Assembly: GCA_965250305.1 (NCBI GenBank)
Contig: CBDFNS010000025.1
Coordinates: 618,766 to 682,765 of the forward strand
DNA from: Candidatus Multivoradales bacterium
GTDB taxonomy: Bacteria > Acidobacteriota > Thermoanaerobaculia > Multivoradales > J023
Direction of reading: 5' to 3'
DNA length: 64,000 nucleotides
A program made the translations under genes and the position numbers. Shown here one piece after another: positions 39,727-49,091 of the stretch. Numbering within the stretch: position 1 is the stretch's first letter; the number at the start of each line of letters is the position of its first letter. The notes below the pieces were generated by a model. That model was not told where the DNA came from, did no database searches, and saw only the letters and a list, made by a program, of their open reading frames with translations.

Positions 39727-40428
39727 ATGAATCTTGATCCTGCTGCCTCTGAACCCGCTGCGCCGAACCGTCGCCCGGCATGGGCCGGCGACGATCCGGT
39801 GCATCTTGTGCGCCGCATCGAGGCCAGCGATCCGGAAGCCGAAGCAACCTTGGTCGCGCGTTATGGGCGCGCCGTGTCGCTCCTGCTCGCCCGTCATACC
39901 GGCGGTCGTCCGGAAGCGGAAGATCTTTTTCAGGACACCTTTACGCTGGCCATTGGCAAGCTGCGGCGTGGTGAGCTTCGTGACCCCTCTCGCCTGCCGG
40001 GGTACCTAGCGAGCATCGCGCGCAGCTTGGCCACCGAGCACTACCGCAAGCACCTACGGCGCAAAACCGAGGCCGACTCGGAAACCGTGGTTAACGTTGC
40101 GACGGCGCCCGCGAGTCAGCTCGGTGATCTGTTGCTCGGGGAAAAGGCGGGTATCGTTCGCCAGCTCATCGACGGCCTGCACAATGAACGTGACCGTAAT
40201 TTGTTGATGCGCTACTACGTTGCCGAGGAGGATCGGGTCACGATTGCCGCGGACTTCGGTGTCGACAACCTTCAACTCAACCGTCTGCTCTACCGGGCGC
40301 GCCAGCGCTATAAGAAACTGTATCTGGCCTACCGCAACGCCGAAGGTCGGGCAGCCGAGCGAGCGGGATTCGCCGCGATGGTGATGGTCACTCTCATCGT
40401 CTTCTCGTACCGACAGAGGATGCGGTGA
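39727..40428 (+). CDS. ECF RNA polymerase sigma-70 factor
   Basis: Region 2 AEDLFQDTF..LPGYLASIAR; region 4 IAADFGV..LYRARQR. Confidence 0.85.
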   Translation: MNLDPAASEPAAPNRRPAWAGDDPVHLVRRIEASDPEAEATLVARYGRAVSLLLARHTGGRPEAEDLFQDTFTLAIGKLRRGELRDPSRLPGYLASIARSLATEHYRKHLRRKTEADSETVVNVATAPASQLGDLLLGEKAGIVRQLIDGLHNERDRNLLMRYYVAEEDRVTIAADFGVDNLQLNRLLYRARQRYKKLYLAYRNAEGRAAERAGFAAMVMVTLIVFSYRQRMR

Positions 40429-41144
40429 TGGATCATCAGATCATCGAAAAGCAAGCATTGGTCGAGCGCTATTTCCGTGGCGACCTTCCGGCGGCGGACG
40501 AGGCTGCGTTCGAAGCGCATTACTTCGGTTGCGCGCGGTGCCAAGAGGCCCTGGTCGAGGCTCGGGACTTGAGCCAAGGCCTGAAGGCCGTCGCCGCGCA
40601 GCAGGCGACCGCGGCCGCGGTCAACGTGGGTCTGTTCGCCTGGGCTCGCCAGGGCCGCGGATGGGCCTTGGCTGCACTTTTGGCAAGCGTCGTGGCCGTG
40701 CCGGCATTCCTTCTCGGACGTGCCGACCGTGGCCCCACCGACCGATCGAGCGATGGTACGGCGATCGCATCAGCTGGGGCCAACTTGGTGCGTCCACTCG
40801 CGGCGGCGCCGGTTTTTTTGCTGGCCGCGGTTCGCGACCAGGACGTTGAGCCGGTGGTCATCGATCGGGCATGGGCTGCCACAGCCGAGGCATTCACGCT
40901 GGCGATCGACGCTGGCGTGGATGCCGGGTTCAGCAGCTACTCGGCCAGCGTCGTCGATGGCGAAGGCGTCGAACGATTCAGGACGACGGGTCTCGAGGTG
41001 AGTCCGCTCGAGGCCATCATGTTGACCTTTCCGGTCGAGTTCTTTTCGCCCGGAGACTACCGCTTGATTCTCGACGGCCTGGGCAGCGATGGGGTCATCG
41101 AGGACGTAGGAACCTATTCGTTCCGGGTGACCGCATCTCGGTGA
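40425..41144 (+). CDS. Anti-sigma factor with zf-HC2 motif and TM helix
   Basis: FEAHYFGCARC (HxxxCxxC); TM GWALAALLASVVAVPAFLL; 4-nt overlap with the sigma gene. Confidence 0.85.
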   Translation: MMDHQIIEKQALVERYFRGDLPAADEAAFEAHYFGCARCQEALVEARDLSQGLKAVAAQQATAAAVNVGLFAWARQGRGWALAALLASVVAVPAFLLGRADRGPTDRSSDGTAIASAGANLVRPLAAAPVFLLAAVRDQDVEPVVIDRAWAATAEAFTLAIDAGVDAGFSSYSASVVDGEGVERFRTTGLEVSPLEAIMLTFPVEFFSPGDYRLILDGLGSDGVIEDVGTYSFRVTASR

Positions 41145-41293
41145 ACGACGGCGTTGGATGACCTTCCTCTTCTCGAATCGGGAAACGCCGTGCGATGATA
41201 AATCGTCGCGCTATGAGTGTGCCCGCCTTCGCGGGCTGATCGAGTGAATCGTTCCCAGCATCCGGTCCCGGAGGGACCACCTTGCCTAGGCTA

Positions 41294-42982
41294 GATCCCA
41301 TCCAGAAATGCGGTTTCGAGCCCACAGGCCTGTCGAATGGGCCCTCGTCTAAGGGTCCATTGGGGGTGCTGCTCACCGGGTGATCGTGGAATCGACCGCC
41401 AGAGGTGCGAATGCGGCAAGGACTGCATTCGCGCCCATATCTCATCCAGGCGGCCCGTCGGGGTGCCGCGTGCTTTGACCGCCGGTCGGCTGATCAAGCT
41501 TGGCTGAGAATGGTTCGGGCCATGACCAATAGGTTGCAGGAAACGATCGAGCTCCAGACGTAGCTCTTGAACGACGACCAGGAGCGCCAGGTGCAGCGAT
41601 GCAGTCCGAAGGTACGCTTCAGGAACGAGATACATCCCTCGATGCCGGCTCTGAAATTGCGTAGCTTGCGGTAGACGTAGAGGCTCTTGGCCATCTCGGA
41701 GATCTTCAGAGAACTCTTGGAAAAGACAACATCTTGGGTCCCCAGTTCTTGGATCTTCTCAAGGTTGCTCGCCGAGCTGAAGGCTCCATCGAACACGACT
41801 TGGCGCGGCGCTTTGCCATAGATGTCTTGCTGACGTTCGACGGATGGCACAGCCATGTTGGCATCGGCGGGATTGCCTCGGAAGATCTGGCAATCCAGAA
41901 CCATCGAGGACTTGCCACCGGTGAGACAGATCTTGTGGCCGTAGTATGTGTTCTTGAAGTCTTTGCGGATGATGTCGGAGTGGTCTTCGAAGACGGAGAC
42001 GAGTTTCTCCGAGGCGTGTACGCTCTCGCCGTCGAAGACCCGGCGACGAGTCTGATCCAAGGTGCGCTCGATGAGGTCGAGAAACCGGGCCAGCTTCTGC
42101 TCGAGGGCCGGGTCGACGACCCGGTGAGCCTCCAGCAGGGCAACCGCTTCCAAGGCCTTTTGCTGGATCTCCTCGGCAACCTTCACGAGATCCCTGTAGG
42201 ACTCCCGGCGCGCCACTTTCCTTCGCGCTACAGAGATCTCACGGCAGCGGCGCTTGGCTCGTTTCTTCCGGTTCGGAAACGTGAAGAGGCCGGCCGGTAG
42301 ATGCGCCTGCACCCGCTTCATTAACCGGAGGAGTACCCGGATGCAGTCCCACAACTGCTGCGAGTCCGCGGGAGGATGCATCAGCGTTTCGACCACCGTG
42401 CAGTCGACTCGGGAAAGCTGCCCGCTCTCGACCTTGCGCTCGCGGGCCTCCAGCAGCAAGAGGCGATTGATCGCTTCGAGGGTTTCGGCCCGAACTTTCT
42501 TGATCGCCGCCGCCAACGTCGATCTGGCGGGCGTTTTTTGAGCGAAGCTCATGCCGCAGAAGGATCTATAGGTCTGCGAGTCGGCGAGGTGAAAATGGAG
42601 TTCGTCGTAGCTCCAGGTATTCATCTGTTTGAGCAACAAAGCGCGGAACACCAACTCGGCCGTCATGCCTCGTGCGCCGGTTGAATGCGAGGCATTTCGG
42701 GTAAGGTCTTGCCAGACGAGATCGGCGATCTTAGGATGTTGGTCGATCAGGCCTGCGAGGGTCTGTAGCTCTTTGGCATGGTCCAGATCGAGCCAGTTGT
42801 AGGTGAGATTGGGCTGAGATTCGCGAGCTTTGCGCATTCTGGGCTCTCACTTTCCGAGTTAAGTTCTTTGGACTCTGTGTTTTAATCGACTTGAGTCTAT
42901 CAGAGAACGTCTCAGAAAATGAGCTCAGAATGCGCGTTTAACCCTCTTGTTTTCAGCTGATTACGGGTTATTGGATGGGATC
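41294..42982 (-). mobile_element. ISNCY/IS5-like IS
   Basis: IRs GATCCCATCCA / TGGATGGGATC; CTAGGCTAG repeated at 41286-41294 and 42982-42990, so the exact IR/TSD split is ambiguous. Confidence 0.85.
41494..42837 (-). CDS. ISNCY-family DDE transposase
   Basis: RVDCTVVE, EKLVSVFE.H.DII.K, VFDGAF, FRAGIEG.IS.LKR.FGL.RC.W. Confidence 0.9.
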   Translation of the reverse strand: MRKARESQPNLTYNWLDLDHAKELQTLAGLIDQHPKIADLVWQDLTRNASHSTGARGMTAELVFRALLLKQMNTWSYDELHFHLADSQTYRSFCGMSFAQKTPARSTLAAAIKKVRAETLEAINRLLLLEARERKVESGQLSRVDCTVVETLMHPPADSQQLWDCIRVLLRLMKRVQAHLPAGLFTFPNRKKRAKRRCREISVARRKVARRESYRDLVKVAEEIQQKALEAVALLEAHRVVDPALEQKLARFLDLIERTLDQTRRRVFDGESVHASEKLVSVFEDHSDIIRKDFKNTYYGHKICLTGGKSSMVLDCQIFRGNPADANMAVPSVERQQDIYGKAPRQVVFDGAFSSASNLEKIQELGTQDVVFSKSSLKISEMAKSLYVYRKLRNFRAGIEGCISFLKRTFGLHRCTWRSWSSFKSYVWSSIVSCNLLVMARTILSQA

Positions 42983-42986
42983 TAGG

Positions 42987-44042
42987 CTAGGCGGTACGGG
43001 AGCGGAGGAGGCAGCACTTTTTGTACTTGGTGCCGCTGCCGCATGGGCAGGGGGAATTGCGCCCGAGCCGTTTGTTGCCGGTGAGGACGGCGTTCGCCAT
43101 GGCCTTGGCTCGGGTTGCGAGGTCCTGGCGGAAGACGCGCGCGAGCATGGCGTAGAGTTCGGGGTGTTTGCGCTTCATGACCCCCGGCTTCTCGAAGAAA
43201 TACTCCGAGGTCACGGCGAAGAACTCGGCTTCGTTGGTGAGCCCGTAGGGGTTGATGTCGGAGTCTCCAGCCTTCATCTCGAGCATCTTGCGACGCACGA
43301 GGTCGACCCACGGGCCGATGAAGGTCCGGTCCAGTCCGACTTGGGGTATGCCGTCCACGGAACCGTCGGTCTTGTCCACCAGGTGAGCGAACTCGTGCAG
43401 ACCGACGTTTTTTTTGTCACCCGCGTTGCGGAACCCGTGCAGCAGGTCGGGCTTGGTCAGGATCATGATCCGATCCATGGCGCCCGTGCCCACCATGCCG
43501 AGAATCTGCTTGCCCTCGGCATCCTTGAACTCGAAGTCCTCATTGAAACGGTTGGGGTAGATCAAGATTTCGCTGATCTCGTTCCACTCCCAATCGGGAA
43601 AGCCGAAGATGGGGATAATTGCCGACGCGGCGGCGAGCACTCGCACGGTGGCGTCGAGGGTTGTGCCGATGCCCGTGATGTGCTTTTCGCCGATGAAGAT
43701 CTGCAGCTCTTGCCGAAACCGCGCTTGGTCCGCTGGGTCGAGGGTCTGGAAGAAGACCACGTGGCGGCGAAGCACACCCTCCCATTCAGACGGGAACGGT
43801 TGGCGTCGAAGCTGCTCACGCCGGCGCGCTTTTCGAGTCAGGAGCTGAAAGAGACCCCACCCGCCCATTGCCGCGAAGATCAGTGATAGAAAGTGGCCGA
43901 GGGTCGAAGTCGGTAGCTGCCATCCGAGGACGCCGAGAAACACAAACGCGACGATCGCGAATCCGAGTTCCCAGCGGTAGGTCTTCGGATTCGCGTTAGA
44001 CGCTTGGGGCACTTCGGACGGCTGTGGCTCGTTTGATCCCAT
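42987..44042 (-). CDS. MtfA/M90-like zinc peptidase with N-terminal TMs and a C-terminal SEC-C motif
   Basis: NVGLHEFAHLVD, YGLTNEAEFFAVTSEYFFE, GRNSPCPCGSGTKYKKCC. Confidence 0.85.
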   Translation of the reverse strand: MGSNEPQPSEVPQASNANPKTYRWELGFAIVAFVFLGVLGWQLPTSTLGHFLSLIFAAMGGWGLFQLLTRKARRREQLRRQPFPSEWEGVLRRHVVFFQTLDPADQARFRQELQIFIGEKHITGIGTTLDATVRVLAAASAIIPIFGFPDWEWNEISEILIYPNRFNEDFEFKDAEGKQILGMVGTGAMDRIMILTKPDLLHGFRNAGDKKNVGLHEFAHLVDKTDGSVDGIPQVGLDRTFIGPWVDLVRRKMLEMKAGDSDINPYGLTNEAEFFAVTSEYFFEKPGVMKRKHPELYAMLARVFRQDLATRAKAMANAVLTGNKRLGRNSPCPCGSGTKYKKCCLLRSRTA

Positions 44043-44124
44043 TGCGCGATCGTACCAGGCTCCTGCGTGAGCGCGGTCCACGGCTGAAGGCGCCTCCAGC
44101 CACGTTACGCCGAGCCTGGGATGG

Positions 44125-46773
44125 TCAGCCTTCGCGCAGGGTCTCAATGGGGTCGATGCGTGTGGCGCGGCGGGCGGGGAGCCAACTGGCGACCAGCACC
44201 ACCGAGATCAGCACAAGCGCCACGACGGCCACGGTTGCGGGGTCGAAGGCTTCCGTCTCGTACAATAAGTGGCGGATAAGACGGGTAGCGGGCCAAGCAC
44301 CGGCGAGTCCGAGGGCCAGGCCAACGCCGGCGAGACCGAGGCTTCTGCGCAGGACCATCGAGACGATATCGCGGCCGTGTGCGCCCAGAGCCATCCGCAG
44401 GCCGATCTCGGCCCGGCGTTGGGCGACCGATTCTGACGCGAGTCCGTACACGCCAAGCGCCGCGAGCGCGAGCGCGATAGCGGCAAAGGCGCTGAGAAGA
44501 CCCCGTACGAACCGTTGGATCGCGAGTGACCCACGGAGTCGTTCCCGCATGGTCTGCATATCGTCGATCGCCAGCGACGGGTCGTGTTTCCACACCACGG
44601 CGCGCGCGGCCGCCGCCAGCGATTCGGGCGCCGTTTCGGAATGGAGGATCACGGCCATGGAGTCGAACGGAACCTGGGTGTGGGGCACATACATTGAGCT
44701 TGGACGTCCGCGCTCCAGACCGTGCTGGTGGACATCGCCAACCACCCCCACGACTCGTCGCGGAACGGGCTCGTCGTCCGCGCCGCTGTACCCCATGAGG
44801 ATGAGTTGGCCGAGTGGATCCGTGTCGCCAAACGTGCGCTTCGCCAGGGTTTGGTTGATCACCATTACCGGTTCGGCGTCGAGGTGGTCGGAGGCCAAGA
44901 AGCCACGACCCGATAGGATCGGGATCTCGAGGGTCCGAAAGTAGTCGGCGTTGATCATCCTCAAGTTGCCACCATGTCCCTCGCCAGGCTCGCGTTCGGG
45001 CTCACCAACCACTTTGAAGCTAAAGGACCACCCATACTGAAGCGGTAGCCACGGCACCAATCCAACCGCATGAACGCCGGGCAAGGCGTCGAGGTCGCTC
45101 GCCAGCGCTTCATAAGATAGGGCCATTTTCTCGACGGGGTAGCGGGCTTCGGGGAGTTGCAGCTTGAACGTAAGCAGATTCTGAATCCGAAAGCCAGGAT
45201 CGACATCGAGCACCCGGTCCATACTGCGGATGAGAAGCCCCGCGGCGATCACCAGAATGAGGGCGAGAGCCATCTCGCCCACCACCAAAGTGCGACGCAA
45301 GCGTCCGTCGCGGAGGCGGGTCTGGAGGCCACGAGCGGCGTCTTTGAGCACGCCGTTGAGGTCGGTTCGCGCCAAGGCGCGTACCGGTGCGAGTGCACAC
45401 AGGAAGCTGGTCAACAACGTAATGACGATGGCGAAGGCAAGTACCCGACTGTCGAGGCTCGCTTGGTCCAGGCGGGGTAGGTCACGCGGAAAGACAGCCG
45501 TGACGGTGCTCAGGGTCGCACGAGCGACAAGAAGGCCGGTGATCGCGCCCGCGCTGGCCAGCAGCGTACATTCGAGGAGCAATTGGCGGACCAGCCGCCA
45601 CCGGCCCGCGCCGAGGGCCGAGCGTACCGACAACTCGCGCAGGCGACGCGCGGTGCGAGCGAGACTCAAGCTCGCGACGTTGACGCAGGCGATGAACAGT
45701 ACGATGCCGACCGCGGCCAGGAGTGCGATCAGCATAGGCCGCACCGCGCCGACCATTTGCTCGTGCAAGGGGACCAGCAAGACGCCGCGATGGGTATTGG
45801 TTTTGGGATAGATCTCGGCCAGACGTTGGGCTACGGTGTCTATCTCGGTCTGGGCCTGTACCAGATCGGCGCCATCGGCAAGACGGCCGATCACCCGCAG
45901 GTACTGGGCGCCACGGGAGCCCGCGACATCGAAGTCGAAGACCAGCGGTCGCCACAACGCGGCGCCGGTGGGAAATTCGAAGCCAGGCGGCGTTACGCCC
46001 ACAACTTCGTGGGCCTCACCGTCGATCTCGACCGTCTTCCCAATCATGGCTGAGTCGCCTCCAAAGCGGCTCTGCCAAAGGCGATGTCCGAGGACGACGA
46101 CGGGTACGCCGCTCACATCGAGCGGATCACGGGCAAACAACCGGCCCAACGAGGGCTGAGCGCGCATGGTCTCGAAGAACGCGTGCGAAACCAACGCGCC
46201 TTTGACGCGCACCGGATCCCCATCGCCAACGAGGGTTGGCGCGTCGCGGTCAAAAGCGGCCAACCCTTCAAGCAGGGAGGACTGGTTTCGCCAATCAAGG
46301 TAGTTTGCCGGCGTTGCGGTTCCCCGGTCGCCTTTGCGCAAATCCCATACCGCGACCAGACGCTCGGCATCATCGTAGTCCAACGGCCGCAGGACGACAG
46401 CGTCGAGTAGGCTGAATATCGCACTGCTGCCGCCAATACCGAGCGCCAGAAGCGCAACGGTCAACGCGGCAAATACCGGCGATCGACGTAGCCCGCGAAG
46501 AACCGTAACGAGATCATGTGCGAACCCGACGGTCCAACTGTGCCAAAAGCGGTTTCGCCGGTGCTTCGCATCGATCGCCTGGCAGGCCGAACGGTATCGG
46601 CGTGGGTCGCCAAACCGGTTCTCGGCTTCAGCGCGAGCGGTTGCTGCTGGTTGGCCGTTGGTTGTCAGCTCCTCCGTCAAGAGATCGATATGAAGGGCGA
46701 TCTCCTCATCGATTTCTTGCTCGACGGGGTTGCGACCATCGCCGAAGCGCCGCCAGCGCCGCCACCCGCTCAC
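44125..46773 (-). CDS. ABC transporter permease, acidobacterial duplicated orphan permease (ADOP/MacB-FtsX type)
   Basis: Permease prefix, LALGIGG..AIFS, LFIACVNVA, RRAEIGLRMALGA, PARRATRIDP. Confidence 0.9.
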   Translation of the reverse strand: MSGWRRWRRFGDGRNPVEQEIDEEIALHIDLLTEELTTNGQPAATARAEAENRFGDPRRYRSACQAIDAKHRRNRFWHSWTVGFAHDLVTVLRGLRRSPVFAALTVALLALGIGGSSAIFSLLDAVVLRPLDYDDAERLVAVWDLRKGDRGTATPANYLDWRNQSSLLEGLAAFDRDAPTLVGDGDPVRVKGALVSHAFFETMRAQPSLGRLFARDPLDVSGVPVVVLGHRLWQSRFGGDSAMIGKTVEIDGEAHEVVGVTPPGFEFPTGAALWRPLVFDFDVAGSRGAQYLRVIGRLADGADLVQAQTEIDTVAQRLAEIYPKTNTHRGVLLVPLHEQMVGAVRPMLIALLAAVGIVLFIACVNVASLSLARTARRLRELSVRSALGAGRWRLVRQLLLECTLLASAGAITGLLVARATLSTVTAVFPRDLPRLDQASLDSRVLAFAIVITLLTSFLCALAPVRALARTDLNGVLKDAARGLQTRLRDGRLRRTLVVGEMALALILVIAAGLLIRSMDRVLDVDPGFRIQNLLTFKLQLPEARYPVEKMALSYEALASDLDALPGVHAVGLVPWLPLQYGWSFSFKVVGEPEREPGEGHGGNLRMINADYFRTLEIPILSGRGFLASDHLDAEPVMVINQTLAKRTFGDTDPLGQLILMGYSGADDEPVPRRVVGVVGDVHQHGLERGRPSSMYVPHTQVPFDSMAVILHSETAPESLAAAARAVVWKHDPSLAIDDMQTMRERLRGSLAIQRFVRGLLSAFAAIALALAALGVYGLASESVAQRRAEIGLRMALGAHGRDIVSMVLRRSLGLAGVGLALGLAGAWPATRLIRHLLYETEAFDPATVAVVALVLISVVLVASWLPARRATRIDPIETLREG

Positions 46774-47144
46774 GCTGGGGCCTCAGCTGCCTCGAGCACC
46801 CGTGAAACAGCGACGACGTACTGTTGCCATCGCGAGGTTTGCTGAACCAGGGTTTCGCGGCCCTGCTCCGTTGCGCGATAGAACTTTGCACGGCGGTTGT
46901 TCTCGGAAACACCCCAATCGGCCACCACCCAACCGCGGGCGGTCATGCGGTGAAGGGCTGGGTAAAGGGCGCCCTCTTCGATTTGCAGCGCGTCTTCCGT
47001 CGTATCCCGAAGCCAGCGCATGATGCCGTAGCCATGCCGCGGTGCCCCTAGAAGCGCCTTGAGCACCATCATGTCGAGGGTGCCTTGCAGAAGCTCCAAA
47101 GTCTTCCCATCCGGTTTTGGGCGCGGGTCGGTGTCCTGGGTCAT
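46770..47144 (-). CDS. PadR-family transcriptional regulator (acidobacterial type)
   Basis: LLQGTLDMMVL, HGYGI, EEGALYPALHR, WGVSENNRRAKFY; GGAGG precedes ATG 47144. Confidence 0.9.
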   Translation of the reverse strand: MTQDTDPRPKPDGKTLELLQGTLDMMVLKALLGAPRHGYGIMRWLRDTTEDALQIEEGALYPALHRMTARGWVVADWGVSENNRRAKFYRATEQGRETLVQQTSRWQQYVVAVSRVLEAAEAPA

Positions 47145-47161
47145 TTCGGCCTCCATGGTGT

Positions 47162-47218
47162 ATCTCCCCTAAAGCGCTTAGGTAAGATAAACCATCTCCC
47201 CTAAAAGGGCAAGGGGAG
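47162..47218. promoter_or_regulatory. Two tandem palindromic boxes, probable PadR operators
   Basis: ATCTCCCCTAAA at 47162 and 47194; CTCCCCT..AGGGGAG dyad just upstream of padR. Confidence 0.55.
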
Positions 47219-47353
47219 TGTGGGGCGCGGCCGAACCAGATTCGTTTCGGCGGGTCCGAGCGGTGGAGGAAGTCGCCTGACGTGACGTTACGCGCGTCGT
47301 TGGGTCATCACACCCAACGCGGCCAGGATCAGTGCCAAGCCGACGAGACCTAG

Positions 47354-47514
47354 TCCCAAAACCAGCGCATCTTGAAGGCGATCTACACAAATCTCTTGGG
47401 CTCAATCACTTCCGAAAATGCTCAACGAACCTTCGGGTGCGCCTGCGCTTTTCGTAAGCACTTGAGCCTCAAGATCTTCGCGCATCTCATCCTTCGTATG
47501 CGCTTGTTTTAGGC
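47354..47514. mobile_element. 161-bp MITE, copy A, flanked by CTAG
   Basis: TIRs CCCAAAACCAGCGCAT / ATGCGCTTGTTTTAGG; CTAG at 47350 and 47515; inverted copy at 61801. Confidence 0.85.
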
Positions 47515-47600
47515 CTAGTGTGAGTAGGTTACGCGTTTCGAGGCCGAAGGTTCTGGTACCAGCGAAGGCACGCTCGGCAGGTTGGGGTCCTTCGTTTGGG

Positions 47601-48779
47601 CTACGTCTTGAGGACCAAGCGAACCATGTCAGCGCTGATCGTCACCCGATGTCCGCCCCCTTCACGTTGCTCGAGGGCGTCGTGGGTCCATGGGTCGAAT
47701 TCGAGGGGATTGACGATTTCGCTCATGATGGGGCGTAGCGCGCGCGCGCCGGTGCGGCTGTCCTTGGCCGCATGCTCGGCGATGAGCGAGGCGGCAAGAT
47801 CATCGATTTCGAGCTCGATGTCGAGTACTTCGAAGAACGTTCGTGCGCGCACGAAGGGCGACTCGAACGACTTCAGCAGGATCTCACGCAGTACGTCGAT
47901 CGAAAGATCGTCGAGGAGAACCGTCTTTTCGAAGCGGGCCATGAACTGCGGGACCATACCGAAGGTAAAAAGGTCACGCATCTTGAGCTGATCGTTGAGC
48001 GAGAACACGGTGTCGATGCGCACTTGGCCTTCCGCGGTACGCATGGTCTTGGTCTTGAGCTTGACGCCGCTGCCCGGTTTGGTCACACGCTCGAAGACTT
48101 GGTCGTAGAGACCCTCGAAGGCACCACCACAGATGAACATCATGTGCCGGGTATCGATCTCGATGGTGACGAGTTTCTCTTTGCCGTCGACCCAGGCATG
48201 AACCGAGTACGCTAGGGTCTCGCCCTCCATCAGGGTCAACAAGCCTTGTTGCAGGACCACACCGAGCGCGTTGGGCTTACCCGCCAGGATGGCCGACATC
48301 TTGTCGATTTCGTCGATACAGATCGTCGCGCGTTCGATGGCGATCTTGAGGGCATCCGGTGTTGGGCGATGTCCGGCAATGGCGCGTGCGCGTTGCTCTA
48401 CGGCTTTGAGCAGGCGCTCAGGTCGGAACTCGAGTCGATCCGCGTCGACCAACAAGTTGGCATTGATGATGGTGACGGCTCGAAAAGGCTGGTACTCCGG
48501 CACCTCGTTGTAGAGGCGCTGGATGTTGTTCATGATCGTGGTCTTACCGGTACCCGAGTTGCCCACCATCAGGAGGTTGCCCGGCACTTTGCCCGTAGTG
48601 TGCTTGAAGATCGCGACCGCGACGTAGCGCAGCGACCGGTCTTGGCCGAGGACTCCGCGGCCGAGCTCATCGAGAATATCCGTAGGGTGGATCTGCTCGA
48701 GTGACCGAAGCTGGTGCTCGGCCGGTGCGGCGGCGGCCGGATCGTGGGTGTTGGTTTCGGCGGTGGCAGTGGTGGGCAT
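47601..48779 (-). CDS. ClpX-like AAA+ ATPase (no Zn finger, no IGF loop)
   Basis: GNSGTGKT, ICIDEIDK, LQQGLLTLMEG, FICGGAFEGL, TGARALR. Confidence 0.8.
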   Translation of the reverse strand: MPTTATAETNTHDPAAAAPAEHQLRSLEQIHPTDILDELGRGVLGQDRSLRYVAVAIFKHTTGKVPGNLLMVGNSGTGKTTIMNNIQRLYNEVPEYQPFRAVTIINANLLVDADRLEFRPERLLKAVEQRARAIAGHRPTPDALKIAIERATICIDEIDKMSAILAGKPNALGVVLQQGLLTLMEGETLAYSVHAWVDGKEKLVTIEIDTRHMMFICGGAFEGLYDQVFERVTKPGSGVKLKTKTMRTAEGQVRIDTVFSLNDQLKMRDLFTFGMVPQFMARFEKTVLLDDLSIDVLREILLKSFESPFVRARTFFEVLDIELEIDDLAASLIAEHAAKDSRTGARALRPIMSEIVNPLEFDPWTHDALEQREGGGHRVTISADMVRLVLKT

Positions 48780-49091
48780 GCGGACGCTCCTGATCTACGT
48801 TGGGGCCGGGATGGTACCCGTTGGCTGAATGGTTGCTCCCACTGCACGTACGAATGGGGGCGAACGAGCGTCTATGTTGGGTACCCAGACGATCGCACCC
48901 ACGGATGCGTGTGTCCCCGAGGGACGAGGCGATGTCGTGCCCGTCGATTCCTCGAGCGGGCCTATAGGGTGCATCGAGAGCGTGGAGCAGGGAAACGAAT
49001 TCAGGCAAATCGACACTAAAGATGCTGTGAGGACGGATGACGTGGCTGGACTGTTACCATCATCTCCTCTGGTGAACGAGGGAGCTTACGA

